From Patescibacteria group bacterium (GTDB lineage Bacteria > Patescibacteriota > Minisyncoccia > Phycocordibacterales > CSBR16-119): a stretch of 64,000 nucleotides of DNA. Positions 45,229 to 53,649 of this stretch are shown here, piece by piece. The DNA is taken from assembly GCA_030917865.1 (NCBI GenBank), contig JAUPTX010000001.1, forward strand, positions 365 through 64,364. Reading direction: 5' to 3'. The position numbers and the translations under genes are program-made. The first letter of the stretch is position 1. Every line of letters begins with the position of its first letter. Under the pieces are notes generated by a model that saw only the letters and a list, made by a program, of their open reading frames with translations, made no database searches and had not been told where the DNA came from.

Positions 45229-45299
45229 AGCGGGGTAGAGCAGTGGTAGCTCATCAGGCTCATAACCTGAAGGCGGCCGTTCGAGTCGGCCCCCCGCAA
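45229..45299 (+). tRNA. Initiator tRNA-fMet (anticodon CAU)
   Basis: A1/A72 mismatch, A11:T24 pair, anticodon arm TCAGG-CTCATAA-CCTGA, T-arm GGCCG-TTCGAGT-CGGCC. Confidence 0.85.
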
Positions 45300-45306
45300 C
45301 AAATAA

Positions 45307-45333
45307 GCAAAACACCCGAAAGGGTGTTTTGCT
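45307..45333 (+). terminator. Rho-independent terminator after tRNA-fMet
   Basis: GCAAAACACCC-GAAA-GGGTGTTTTGC followed by T-rich sequence. Confidence 0.85.
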
Positions 45334-45385
45334 TTACTTTTTTATTAATTTAAGTAAAGTTTAGATAAACGAAACCTTTACAGAC

Positions 45386-45850
45386 ATGGCTAACGGCTCA
45401 GCACATATCACAAGCCAAGGGGCAAAGAATGAATTTGAAAAAGCTCTCAATGAATTAACGGGCGATCACTTTGCTCGAACATCATCCTTCTTCGTTGTTA
45501 TCGGGGTTATAAAAGGTGAAAAAGGGAAGCTTTTTGCAGAAGTCCTTTCATCTTTTACAATAAGGAAATCTGGACATCAGCGATTCTATTGTTTCCAAAA
45601 GGTGACAAAGACGAACATCAGTGTGATCGCTAGTCTTGCAACTATCCCGGGGTGTATTGGTGTAATATCTGTTGGTTTGCCAGACAAGGAAATTGTGATC
45701 CTGAAGGAATGGCTCACCAAAGGTAAGGTTTGGGGGGATTATGTACACTTGAGCAAAGAAAGGTTTGTCACGCCTTCTACGCTTAAGGCTGGCATGTCGG
45801 CCCTACTCAGGCTTACCTTCGAAGACGAACTGATGGCCCTGGTCGAATGA
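45386..45850 (+). CDS. G+C-rich orphan protein (154 aa)
   Basis: Long ORF with an ATG start. No motif I recognise. Confidence 0.55.
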   Translation: MANGSAHITSQGAKNEFEKALNELTGDHFARTSSFFVVIGVIKGEKGKLFAEVLSSFTIRKSGHQRFYCFQKVTKTNISVIASLATIPGCIGVISVGLPDKEIVILKEWLTKGKVWGDYVHLSKERFVTPSTLKAGMSALLRLTFEDELMALVE

Positions 45851-45892
45851 CCAGGGCTTTCTTCTTTTCTGCATTCTGGTAAAGTATTATCA

Positions 45893-46771
45893 ATGAACAA
45901 AGACGAAATATTATCTAAAATACAAAAACTAGAAGAGGAGATGAATTCTTCAACTTTTTGGCAAAACAAAGAAAGAGCTCAGTCTGTGATAAAAGAAATT
46001 CAATCTTTAAAAGATGGACTCGAAGGTCTTTCGAGGTACGACAAAAAAGATGCTATCTTAACTATTTTTGCAGGGGCTGGAGGTGACGATTCAGAGGATT
46101 TTGTTCGAATACTCTATGAAATGTATTCTAGATTTTTTGATAAGAAAAATTTTTCACAAAAAATTATTTATGAAAATAAAAACGGAATGAATGGGTATAG
46201 AAGCATATCTGTCTTAATTACTGGTAAAAATGCTTACGGAACTCTTAAAAAAGAATCCGGAGTTCACAGACTTGTTCGAATTTCTCCTTTTAATGCAAAT
46301 GGTAAAAGGCAAACATCTTTTGCGATGGTAGAATTTTTACCTGTAGTGGAAGATAAAAATGATTTTGTTATACCTAAAGAGGACTTAGAAGTTTCTTTTG
46401 CGCGAAGTTCTGGTCCTGGCGGGCAAAATGTAAACAAAAGAGATACTGCTGTTCGTTTAACTCACGTACCGACAGGTATTTCTGTTCACGTAGAATCTGA
46501 AAGAACTCAGGAGGCAAACAGGGAAAAAGCCGAAAGTATGATCAAGGGAAAGATCATAAAGATATTAGAAGAAGAAAAGAAAAATTCTATTGGGGAACTT
46601 TCCGTTTCTAAAACGACAGAGAACGAATGGGGTAGCCAGATCAGGTCTTATGTTTTTCATCCATATCAAATGATAAAAGACCATCGAACAGGCGTAGAAA
46701 TAAGAGATATCGATAAAGTTCTAAAATCTGGGGAAATCGACGAATTTATTGAGGCAGAAAGGGATATTTAG
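45893..46771 (+). CDS. prfB: Peptide chain release factor 2 (short domain 1, no frameshift site)
   Basis: SPF tripeptide (RISPFNANG) and GGQ motif (SGPGGQNVNKRDTAVRLTH). Confidence 0.85.
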   Translation: MNKDEILSKIQKLEEEMNSSTFWQNKERAQSVIKEIQSLKDGLEGLSRYDKKDAILTIFAGAGGDDSEDFVRILYEMYSRFFDKKNFSQKIIYENKNGMNGYRSISVLITGKNAYGTLKKESGVHRLVRISPFNANGKRQTSFAMVEFLPVVEDKNDFVIPKEDLEVSFARSSGPGGQNVNKRDTAVRLTHVPTGISVHVESERTQEANREKAESMIKGKIIKILEEEKKNSIGELSVSKTTENEWGSQIRSYVFHPYQMIKDHRTGVEIRDIDKVLKSGEIDEFIEAERDI

Positions 46772-46812
46772 GGTATTTCTGTGGATTACGATATTTTGGT
46801 ATAATATTTATC

Positions 46813-47496
46813 ATGATACGTTTTGAAAATGTTACTAAAATTTACCCAAACGCGGGCGAACCTTCTTTAGAAGATGTCAGCTTTGAAATAAAAGAAGGAG
46901 AGTTTGTTTCTATTGTCGGACACTCTGGTGCAGGAAAGACAACACTCGTAAAACTTTTATTGGGTGAAGAAAAACCAACAAGAGGAAATATATTTTTTGA
47001 AGAAGTTGAAGTTGGTAAATTAAAACCAAGTAAACTTACAAACTTAAGAAGAAGAATCGGAACAGTGTTCCAGGATTTTAGACTTTTGCCAAACAAAACC
47101 GCTTACGAAAATATCGCGTTTGCGATGGAGTCTGCCGGCAAAACAGACGAAGAGATAGAATCAGACGTGCCACACGTGCTTGATCTAGTTGATCTTGGAT
47201 CAAAAGCTTTTCATTTTCCACATCAATTATCTGGTGGAGAAAAGCAGCGCCTTTCTATTGCTCGTGCGATTATAAACAACCCAGAAGTTGTTGTTGCCGA
47301 CGAGCCAACAGGGAACCTAGACCCCGTTAACACATACGAAGTAGTTCATATATTAAAGAAAATAAATAGTCTTGGAACTACTGTTATTTTAACAACTCAC
47401 AACAAAGGGGTTGTTGATGCTATACACAAAAGAGTTATAACACTAGAAGATGGAAAGGTTATAAGAGATGATGAAAAAGGTAAATATATAATTTAA
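46813..47496 (+). CDS. ftsE: Cell-division ABC ATPase FtsE
   Basis: GHSGAGKTT, LSGGEKQR, VVADEPTGNLD. It is followed by ftsX. Confidence 0.9.
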   Translation: MIRFENVTKIYPNAGEPSLEDVSFEIKEGEFVSIVGHSGAGKTTLVKLLLGEEKPTRGNIFFEEVEVGKLKPSKLTNLRRRIGTVFQDFRLLPNKTAYENIAFAMESAGKTDEEIESDVPHVLDLVDLGSKAFHFPHQLSGGEKQRLSIARAIINNPEVVVADEPTGNLDPVNTYEVVHILKKINSLGTTVILTTHNKGVVDAIHKRVITLEDGKVIRDDEKGKYII

Positions 47497-47501
47497 TCAA
47501 T

Positions 47502-48425
47502 ATGAAAGTTTTAGATTTAAAAAGAATAGTAAGAGGTGGTTTTCTAAATTTCGTCAGAAACGGATTTGTTTCTCTTTCTTCTGTTTTAGTGATGACTATC
47601 ACTTTGTGTGTGATAACAATAATTATTTTCTCTCAAGCCGTATTGAATTTTTCATTAAGCCAGCTCCAAGACAAAGTAGACGTAACTGTATTTTTTACTG
47701 TTGGCGCATCTGAATCTGAAATCTTAGGAATTAAAAATCAGTTAGAAGAGTTGCCAGAAGTTGCGGGTGTTGAGTATATTTCTGCCGAACAAGCTTTAGA
47801 GAATTTCAAAAAAAGACATGAGACTGACTATCTGACTCTACAGGCTCTCGAAGAGCTTGACGAAAACCCGCTCGGAGCAACTTTGAATATCGAGGCCGTT
47901 GAAGCCTCCCGTTATGAACAAATAGCGAATTTCCTAGAAGATGGAGATATTCTCGCAAGCAACCAAAGGGTGATAATCGACAAGATTAACTACTTCCAAA
48001 ACAAGCTTGTTATAGACAGACTTATATCTATTACAGAAGGCGCAAAAAGACTCGGACTTGGTATAACTTTTGTCCTAGTTCTTATTTCTGTAGTTATTAC
48101 ATTTAATACATTAAGACTAACGATTTATATAGCGCGAGAAGAAATCGGCGTTATGCGTGTGGTAGGTGCGGAGAATCACTATATCAGAGGGCCGTTTATG
48201 GTTGAAGGGATGATATATGGACTTGTGTCGGCTTTCATTACAATGCTTTTCTTTTATCCAATATCTCTTTGGCTTGGTGCGAACATGACAGACTTTTTGG
48301 GTATAAATCTTAACTCATACTATTTCTCAAACTTCTTCCAACTTTTGATCATAAACGCAGTTTTCGGAATGCTTTTAGGGGTTATCTCAAGCTTTTTGGC
48401 AACCCGCGCTTATCTTAAAAAATAA
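47502..48425 (+). CDS. ftsX: Cell-division permease-like protein FtsX
   Basis: Four TM helices with a large first periplasmic loop. The position after ftsE fits. Confidence 0.85.
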   Translation: MKVLDLKRIVRGGFLNFVRNGFVSLSSVLVMTITLCVITIIIFSQAVLNFSLSQLQDKVDVTVFFTVGASESEILGIKNQLEELPEVAGVEYISAEQALENFKKRHETDYLTLQALEELDENPLGATLNIEAVEASRYEQIANFLEDGDILASNQRVIIDKINYFQNKLVIDRLISITEGAKRLGLGITFVLVLISVVITFNTLRLTIYIAREEIGVMRVVGAENHYIRGPFMVEGMIYGLVSAFITMLFFYPISLWLGANMTDFLGINLNSYYFSNFFQLLIINAVFGMLLGVISSFLATRAYLKK

Positions 48426-48435
48426 TCTTTAAAAC

Positions 48436-50085
48436 ATGGCAGACAAAAAATCTAGAACTAAATACATTTTTGTTGTTGGAGGGGTAATGTCTGGAGTGGG
48501 TAAAGGAGTCACCACTGCTTCTATTGGGACCATTTTAAAGAGTAAAGGTTTCCGAGTTAGTTTAATAAAAGCTGATCCGTATCTAAACGTAGATGCGGGG
48601 ACAATGAACCCCACCGAACACGGTGAGGTTTTTGTTATGGACTCTGGACTTGAAACTGACCAAGACATGGGGAACTATGAAAGGTTTTTAAATCAAACAT
48701 TGCCAAAAGAAAATTACATGACAAACGGAATGGTTTTTAAATATGTTATCGACAAAGAAAGAGCGCTGGGCTACAAAGGTAAATGCGTTGAGCCGACATA
48801 TCATATAACCGAAGAAATTCTAAGAAGAATAAATGAATCTGTAAAAAAGACAAATGCAGAAATCGTGGTGGTGGAAATTGGTGGAACTATCGGCGAATAT
48901 CAAAATGCTATTTTCCTAGAAGCGGCACGTCAGCTTAAAAATAAAAATCCAAAAGATGTAATGTTCGTGATGGTTTCTTATTTGCCAACACCTTCTTCTA
49001 TCGGCGAGATGAAAACAAAGCCAACTCAAAACGCAGTGATGCAAATGAACTCATATGGAGTTTCGCCAAATATTATCGTCGCGCGCGCAGAACTTCCGAT
49101 AGATAAAAAAAGAAAAGAAAAAATCGCACACATGGTTGGGCTTTTGTCTTCTGAAGACGTGATCGCTGCACCAAATGTTAGTAGTATCTATGATGTTCCG
49201 ATAAATTTTGAAAATGACGGACTGGCAAGAAGAATCCTAGATCACTTTAATTTAAAGCCAAAACAAAAAGATTTAAACGAATGGAAAAAAGTTATTTCAA
49301 AATCAAAGAAATCAAACAAAGAAGTAAATATCGCTGTTGTTGGGAAATATTTTGATACTGGTGACTTCGTTTTGTCTGACGCGTATATTTCTGTTATCGA
49401 AGCTTTGAAAATCTCTGGTATGCATTTAGGTGTGAAGACAAATCTGCATTGGCTTAATTCTAAAAACTTTGAAAAGTCTCTAGGTGGTGAAGTCAAATCT
49501 CTTTCTGGATATGATGGGGTGCTTGTGCCAGGAGGCTTCGGCGAGACTGGAATAGAAGGAAAAATAAATGCCATAAAATACGCTCGTGAAAACAAGATTC
49601 CATATTTTGGACTTTGTTATGGAATGCAGCTCATGGTCGTGGAATACGCAAGGAATGTTTTGGGTGTCAAAGACGCACACACTGTGGAAATAAACCCTAA
49701 AACTAAAAATCCTGTAATAGACATAATGCCTGATCAAAAGAAAAAATTGGAAATGAAAGATTATGGCGCTTCGATGAGACTTGGTTCATATGAAGCTGTT
49801 ATCAAAAAGGGAACTGTGGCTTTTAGCGCATATAAAAAAGAAAAAGTTTTAGAGCGACATAGACACCGATACGAAGTAAACCCAGAATACGTGAAAATGA
49901 TAGAAGAAGCCGGACTTGTTTTTTCTGGCAAATCCCCAAATGGCGTTTTGATGGAAATAGCCGAGCTGCCAAAATCTGTTCACCCGTTTTTCCTTGGAAC
50001 TCAATTTCACCCAGAATTTTTAGCGAGAGTTTTAGAACCTCATCCACTGTTTACGGATTTTATTAAGGTTTGTTTGAAGAAATAG
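48436..50085 (+). CDS. pyrG: CTP synthase
   Basis: YIFVVGGVMSGVGKG at the N-terminus. GATase motifs GLCYGMQ and HRHRYEVN. Confidence 0.96.
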   Translation: MADKKSRTKYIFVVGGVMSGVGKGVTTASIGTILKSKGFRVSLIKADPYLNVDAGTMNPTEHGEVFVMDSGLETDQDMGNYERFLNQTLPKENYMTNGMVFKYVIDKERALGYKGKCVEPTYHITEEILRRINESVKKTNAEIVVVEIGGTIGEYQNAIFLEAARQLKNKNPKDVMFVMVSYLPTPSSIGEMKTKPTQNAVMQMNSYGVSPNIIVARAELPIDKKRKEKIAHMVGLLSSEDVIAAPNVSSIYDVPINFENDGLARRILDHFNLKPKQKDLNEWKKVISKSKKSNKEVNIAVVGKYFDTGDFVLSDAYISVIEALKISGMHLGVKTNLHWLNSKNFEKSLGGEVKSLSGYDGVLVPGGFGETGIEGKINAIKYARENKIPYFGLCYGMQLMVVEYARNVLGVKDAHTVEINPKTKNPVIDIMPDQKKKLEMKDYGASMRLGSYEAVIKKGTVAFSAYKKEKVLERHRHRYEVNPEYVKMIEEAGLVFSGKSPNGVLMEIAELPKSVHPFFLGTQFHPEFLARVLEPHPLFTDFIKVCLKK

Positions 50086-50086
50086 T

Positions 50087-51025
50087 ATGGAAAATTCATT
50101 TGAAGTACCAAAGAAAAAAGAAATAGTTAGAGCTGAGGATATAGATTCTTTTATTGAAGATATAGAAAGATATGATCGTGAACATAGTTCTTCTCGTAAG
50201 ATGGGCGGATTTCTTGCTGCTATGATTATGTCCAGTATGGAAGATAAAGAAGGAATAGAAAATATTAAAAAAGATATAGAAAACAGTATAACTATAGATG
50301 ATCTAATAAAGAGAAATATAAACACCTTGCAAAAAATCGGCTTAGATTTAGAATCTCCGAACAAAGAAGGGGATATTGATATGAATGAACAATATGTAAC
50401 CGGTGAAGTCATGATTCATTTGCTTGATAGAGATTCATATATTGATTATCTAAAAAGTTTAGAGCCGGGTAAAATTTCTCCATCTCAAGAAAAGTTGCTT
50501 GAAATGATAACAAATAAAATATCTAGTCAAATTGATAGAGAATATAATTTAGAAGATTCAAAAGGCGACGAAAGACTTTTAGAAATATTTTCTGGTTTAA
50601 GAGAGATTGTTTCTGAGTATGAAAGATTAGGCTTAAGTAAAAATGTATACATTTTTAAGGAATATTTAGAATATTTAAATAGTGGATATTTAAAAGAATA
50701 TATTTTAGTAAAAAAGTCAGGTGTTTTCGAAGAGGTTGGTAGCGGCTTTAATTTGAGTACTTTTCAAATAGATTCATCTCCGGAAATGTATAAAAAATAT
50801 TGGAAATTTAGATTTTTTAATATTTTAGATAGAGTAAAACAAAACCCAGAAGCCAAAGATTTGGTAGAAAAAATGATAGAGTATGCCAAAAAATCTATTG
50901 AATTCGCAGAAAAAGATAACGAAGGGCGTATTATAAAAATGGAATCATCCGGAAAAAATATTTCTTATTATGTAAATCTTAAGCCTGTTATTTTAGAAGT
51001 TAAAGACATGTTATATAAGCTATAA
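50087..51025 (+). CDS. Acidic hypothetical protein
   Basis: 312-aa ORF starting 1 nt after the pyrG stop. No motif I recognise. Confidence 0.55.
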   Translation: MENSFEVPKKKEIVRAEDIDSFIEDIERYDREHSSSRKMGGFLAAMIMSSMEDKEGIENIKKDIENSITIDDLIKRNINTLQKIGLDLESPNKEGDIDMNEQYVTGEVMIHLLDRDSYIDYLKSLEPGKISPSQEKLLEMITNKISSQIDREYNLEDSKGDERLLEIFSGLREIVSEYERLGLSKNVYIFKEYLEYLNSGYLKEYILVKKSGVFEEVGSGFNLSTFQIDSSPEMYKKYWKFRFFNILDRVKQNPEAKDLVEKMIEYAKKSIEFAEKDNEGRIIKMESSGKNISYYVNLKPVILEVKDMLYKL

Positions 51026-51028
51026 AAT

Positions 51029-51052
51029 AAAAATCCGCGAAAGCGGATTTTT
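51029..51052. terminator. Bidirectional terminator
   Basis: AAAAATCCGC-GAAA-GCGGATTTTT. Confidence 0.85.
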
Positions 51053-51057
51053 ATTTT

Positions 51058-51777
51058 CTACTCTTCTCTCATCGGAGCGTTTTTTACCAATTCTATTATT
51101 TTATCTTCATCTTCTGTTATAGTGTATAGATCCAAGTCTTCTGGAGAAATCGTTTTAAATTCAGCGAGCAATGTTTGCTTTATAAATTTATCCAAAGGTT
51201 CCCAGAAACTTTTACCAACAAGTATTATTGGAACTTTTGAAATTTTTTCTGTTTGAACGAGTGTTAATATTTCAAAAAGTTCGTCGAGGGTTCCGTATCC
51301 ACCAGGGAAGTAGAGATAGGCTTCGGCAGAATATGCCATCAAAACTTTTCTTGAAAAAAAGAAATAAAAGGGTATTTCATCTGTCACGTATTTGTTCGTG
51401 TTTTGTTCCATCGGTAGGCGGATCGTCAGACCTAGCGATGGCTTTCCCATTTCATATGCTCCGCGGTTTCCAGCTTCCATAATGCCCGGGCCACCACCAG
51501 TGGCTATGGTGTATCCGAGTTCTCCTGCAATACGCCTAGAAAGCCTTAAGGCTCTTTGATAATCTTCGTGGTCTTCTGGTAGTCTTGCTGACCCCCAAAA
51601 TGTCACAGATTTATTATGATCTTTGTGAGATTTTATAATATCGAAACCTTGGCGGAATTCTTCGTTTATGACACATATGCGCGTTTCTGTTTCGTCGCCG
51701 TTTGTCACATAAACACATCCGTTTTTAATTTCTTCTATTGAAAGTCGCTTTGGACGCAATGGTTTGTTTTCTTGCAT
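51058..51777 (-). CDS. LOG family (TIGR00730) nucleotide phosphoribohydrolase-like protein
   Basis: TGGGPGIMEAGNRGA and PGGYGTLDELFE motifs. Confidence 0.82.
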   Translation of the reverse strand: MQENKPLRPKRLSIEEIKNGCVYVTNGDETETRICVINEEFRQGFDIIKSHKDHNKSVTFWGSARLPEDHEDYQRALRLSRRIAGELGYTIATGGGPGIMEAGNRGAYEMGKPSLGLTIRLPMEQNTNKYVTDEIPFYFFFSRKVLMAYSAEAYLYFPGGYGTLDELFEILTLVQTEKISKVPIILVGKSFWEPLDKFIKQTLLAEFKTISPEDLDLYTITEDEDKIIELVKNAPMREE

Positions 51778-51812
51778 ATGTTTTTATTATAACATATGAA
51801 AAATTTCGCTAG

Positions 51813-51883
51813 CTGCCCGGCAGGGACTCGAACCCCAATTAGCGGTGCCAGAAACCGCTGTCCTACCATTAGACGACCGGGCA
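51813..51883 (-). tRNA. tRNA-Gln (anticodon CUG)
   Basis: TGCCCGG (U1-A72) .. GCGGT-TTCTGGC-ACCGC .. TGGGG-TTCGAGT-CCCTG-CCGGGCA-G. Confidence 0.85.
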
Positions 51884-51924
51884 ATATTCCTAATTTATAC
51901 CAGAAAAATAGATAATAAAAAAGC

Positions 51925-52602
51925 TTAAAAAGTTATACCAGGCAGTATAAAAAATCCATAAAGAACAGCAAAAAAGTTAAGTATCGAGTGGCTTATTATC
52001 ATCAATATAAGGTTTGGGAATTTGATATACATAACCGCAAAAGATATTCCCGCTAAAAACGCCAGAGGTAGGGAAACGAGAAAGTTGCCGAATATTATAT
52101 GAAGATATGTAAAAAGTATTGCATTTATAAAGATAACTGTGTTTGTATTTTTGTTTGTTATTTTTCCTAACGCAGGTACCATGTATCCTCTATATGCGAT
52201 TTCTTGGAAAAAAGAAACAATAAAAAACATATAAAGAAAATGAGAATATTGCCACCAATTTTTTATTTCTTCTTTGTTTAGTATTCCTTCACTTAAATAA
52301 ATTATAAACATAATTCCTATTATCGTGAATATTGCATAAGGTAAAACAAACTTTTTGATATTTGATTTTGTGAGTCCGAGCATTTTTGAATTCCATTTTT
52401 CGTAAACAAGAATCATTGTTAAAAGAGAAACAACGAGCATTAATATCCATATTCTATTTTCCGCCGGAACAATTTTTGTTTGTATTAGAAAAACAGGAAT
52501 TATAAATACGAAAAGAATTTGTATCCATAATTCTTTTTTACTAGTTATTATTTTGTCTATAGAGTCACTCAGATATTTATTCATCTTGTTAACATTATAC
52601 AA
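51925..52602 (-). CDS. CPBP-family intramembrane metalloprotease
   Basis: FQEIAYRGY (E..xR motif) and ISHSILNFF (HxxxN) in a polytopic protein. Confidence 0.7.
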   Translation of the reverse strand: MYNVNKMNKYLSDSIDKIITSKKELWIQILFVFIIPVFLIQTKIVPAENRIWILMLVVSLLTMILVYEKWNSKMLGLTKSNIKKFVLPYAIFTIIGIMFIIYLSEGILNKEEIKNWWQYSHFLYMFFIVSFFQEIAYRGYMVPALGKITNKNTNTVIFINAILFTYLHIIFGNFLVSLPLAFLAGISFAVMYIKFPNLILMIISHSILNFFAVLYGFFILPGITF

Positions 52603-52636
52603 TAGCTTTTAATTTTTTTTGTTTTATAATAAAAAT

Positions 52637-52930
52637 ATGGATACGTTAATTCAAGCAAATATTTTCTTTTTTATAAGCTCGCTTTCGGTAATTATATTTA
52701 CTTTCTTTTTGGTTTTGCTTGTTATAAAACTTCGAAAACTTGTGATGACTGTAAATTCTTTTGTGGAAAAGCTTAAAAATACTAGCGATCAAATGAGCGA
52801 AGAGGCAAAAGAGTTAGTAGAAGACATCAAACAAAGCCCTATTTTCCGCCTTATTTTCCCGAGAAGAAAAAGAGTCTCTCAAAAGCCCGTTTCTGGCGCC
52901 GACAGTCGCGTTGTCCGAAGAAAGGTCTAG
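52637..52930 (+). CDS. Small bitopic protein (DUF948-like?)
   Basis: One TM helix, a coiled-coil region and a basic tail. The ATG at 52637 is preferred over the TTG at 52619. Confidence 0.5.
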   Translation: MDTLIQANIFFFISSLSVIIFTFFLVLLVIKLRKLVMTVNSFVEKLKNTSDQMSEEAKELVEDIKQSPIFRLIFPRRKRVSQKPVSGADSRVVRRKV

Positions 52931-52994
52931 TTTCTTAAAATAAAAAGGAGTATAATATAGCTGTCGCCTATATTATATTTTTTTATTTAATAAA

Positions 52995-53315
52995 ATGAAA
53001 AAAGTCACAAAGAAGAAAGTTGGAAAAGCATTAGCTGTTGGAGTTGTTGCGGCTGCTGCCGCTGGAGCTGCGTACGCGCTCCTTGGTCCAAACGCTAAAA
53101 AGAATCGTGCGAAAGTGAAGAAAGTGGTGGTTAATATTAAAAAGAAAATTTCTGAGAATAAAGATCTAAAGAAAGTTTCGACAGCTGTTAAAAAGGTGGC
53201 AGCTCAAGTTAAAAAAGAAGCGATGCCTACTGTTAAAAAGGCAAAATCTTCTGCGAAAAAGGTTGTTAAAGAAGCTAAATCTTACGCTAAGAAGGTTGCA
53301 AAAAAGATCTCATAA
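52995..53315 (+). CDS. Lys-rich membrane-anchored protein (YtxH-like?)
   Basis: ALAVGVVAAAAAGAAYALLGPNAKK followed by KKV/AKK-rich helices. Confidence 0.5.
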   Translation: MKKVTKKKVGKALAVGVVAAAAAGAAYALLGPNAKKNRAKVKKVVVNIKKKISENKDLKKVSTAVKKVAAQVKKEAMPTVKKAKSSAKKVVKEAKSYAKKVAKKIS

Positions 53316-53344
53316 ATTTAATTTATAATTTAATAAATTATTTG

Positions 53345-53521
53345 ATGGAAAATAAAAGTAGAGGACTTTTAAAGATGTTAATTTTCATCGTAATACTTGT
53401 TCTTTTGGTGGTGTTTATTTCTAATAGTTTTTCTAAAAAACAAGAAATTCCAGTAGAAGAAAATGTGTTAGAGGTGGACATGTCTTTGGGTGAAGAAAAT
53501 GGTGTGGCTTTGCCACAATAA
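53345..53521 (+). CDS. Small bitopic protein (58 aa; below the ORF-track cutoff)
   Basis: MENKSRGLLKMLIFIVILVLLVVFISN... It is co-oriented with its neighbours and followed by a terminator. It is preferred over the minus-strand ORF 53338..53526. Confidence 0.45.
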   Translation: MENKSRGLLKMLIFIVILVLLVVFISNSFSKKQEIPVEENVLEVDMSLGEENGVALPQ

Positions 53522-53560
53522 GACAAAAGAAAAATCCCGGAAGGGATTTTTCTTTTGTCT
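53521..53560 (+). terminator. Terminator (18-bp stem)
   Basis: AGACAAAAGAAAAATCCC-GGAA-GGGATTTTTCTTTTGTCT. Confidence 0.85.
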
Positions 53561-53649
53561 TCACAAATATCTTTATTTATGGTAGATTATAGTTCTAATA
53601 GTCCCAAAAGGGGCACCTCATTATGGGGTGAATTTTTTTTAAATAATTT

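Noticed and set aside
45111-45302. 63-aa minus-strand ORF
   Set aside because: It lies entirely antisense to tRNA-fMet and its duplicated 5' fragment.
45850-45960. Programmed +1 frameshift site in prfB
   Set aside because: I looked for a short upstream ORF ending in CTT TGA C and found none. The RF2 frame is continuous from its ATG.
53338-53526. 62-aa minus-strand ORF
   Set aside because: The opposite strand encodes a 58-aa TM protein that is co-oriented with its neighbours and followed by a terminator. The minus-strand product has no features.
53601-53640. Possible attenuator or leader hairpins (CCC/GGG, then CACC/GGTG followed by a T-run) just upstream of typA
   Set aside because: The stems are only 3-4 bp, so I could not distinguish this from chance.
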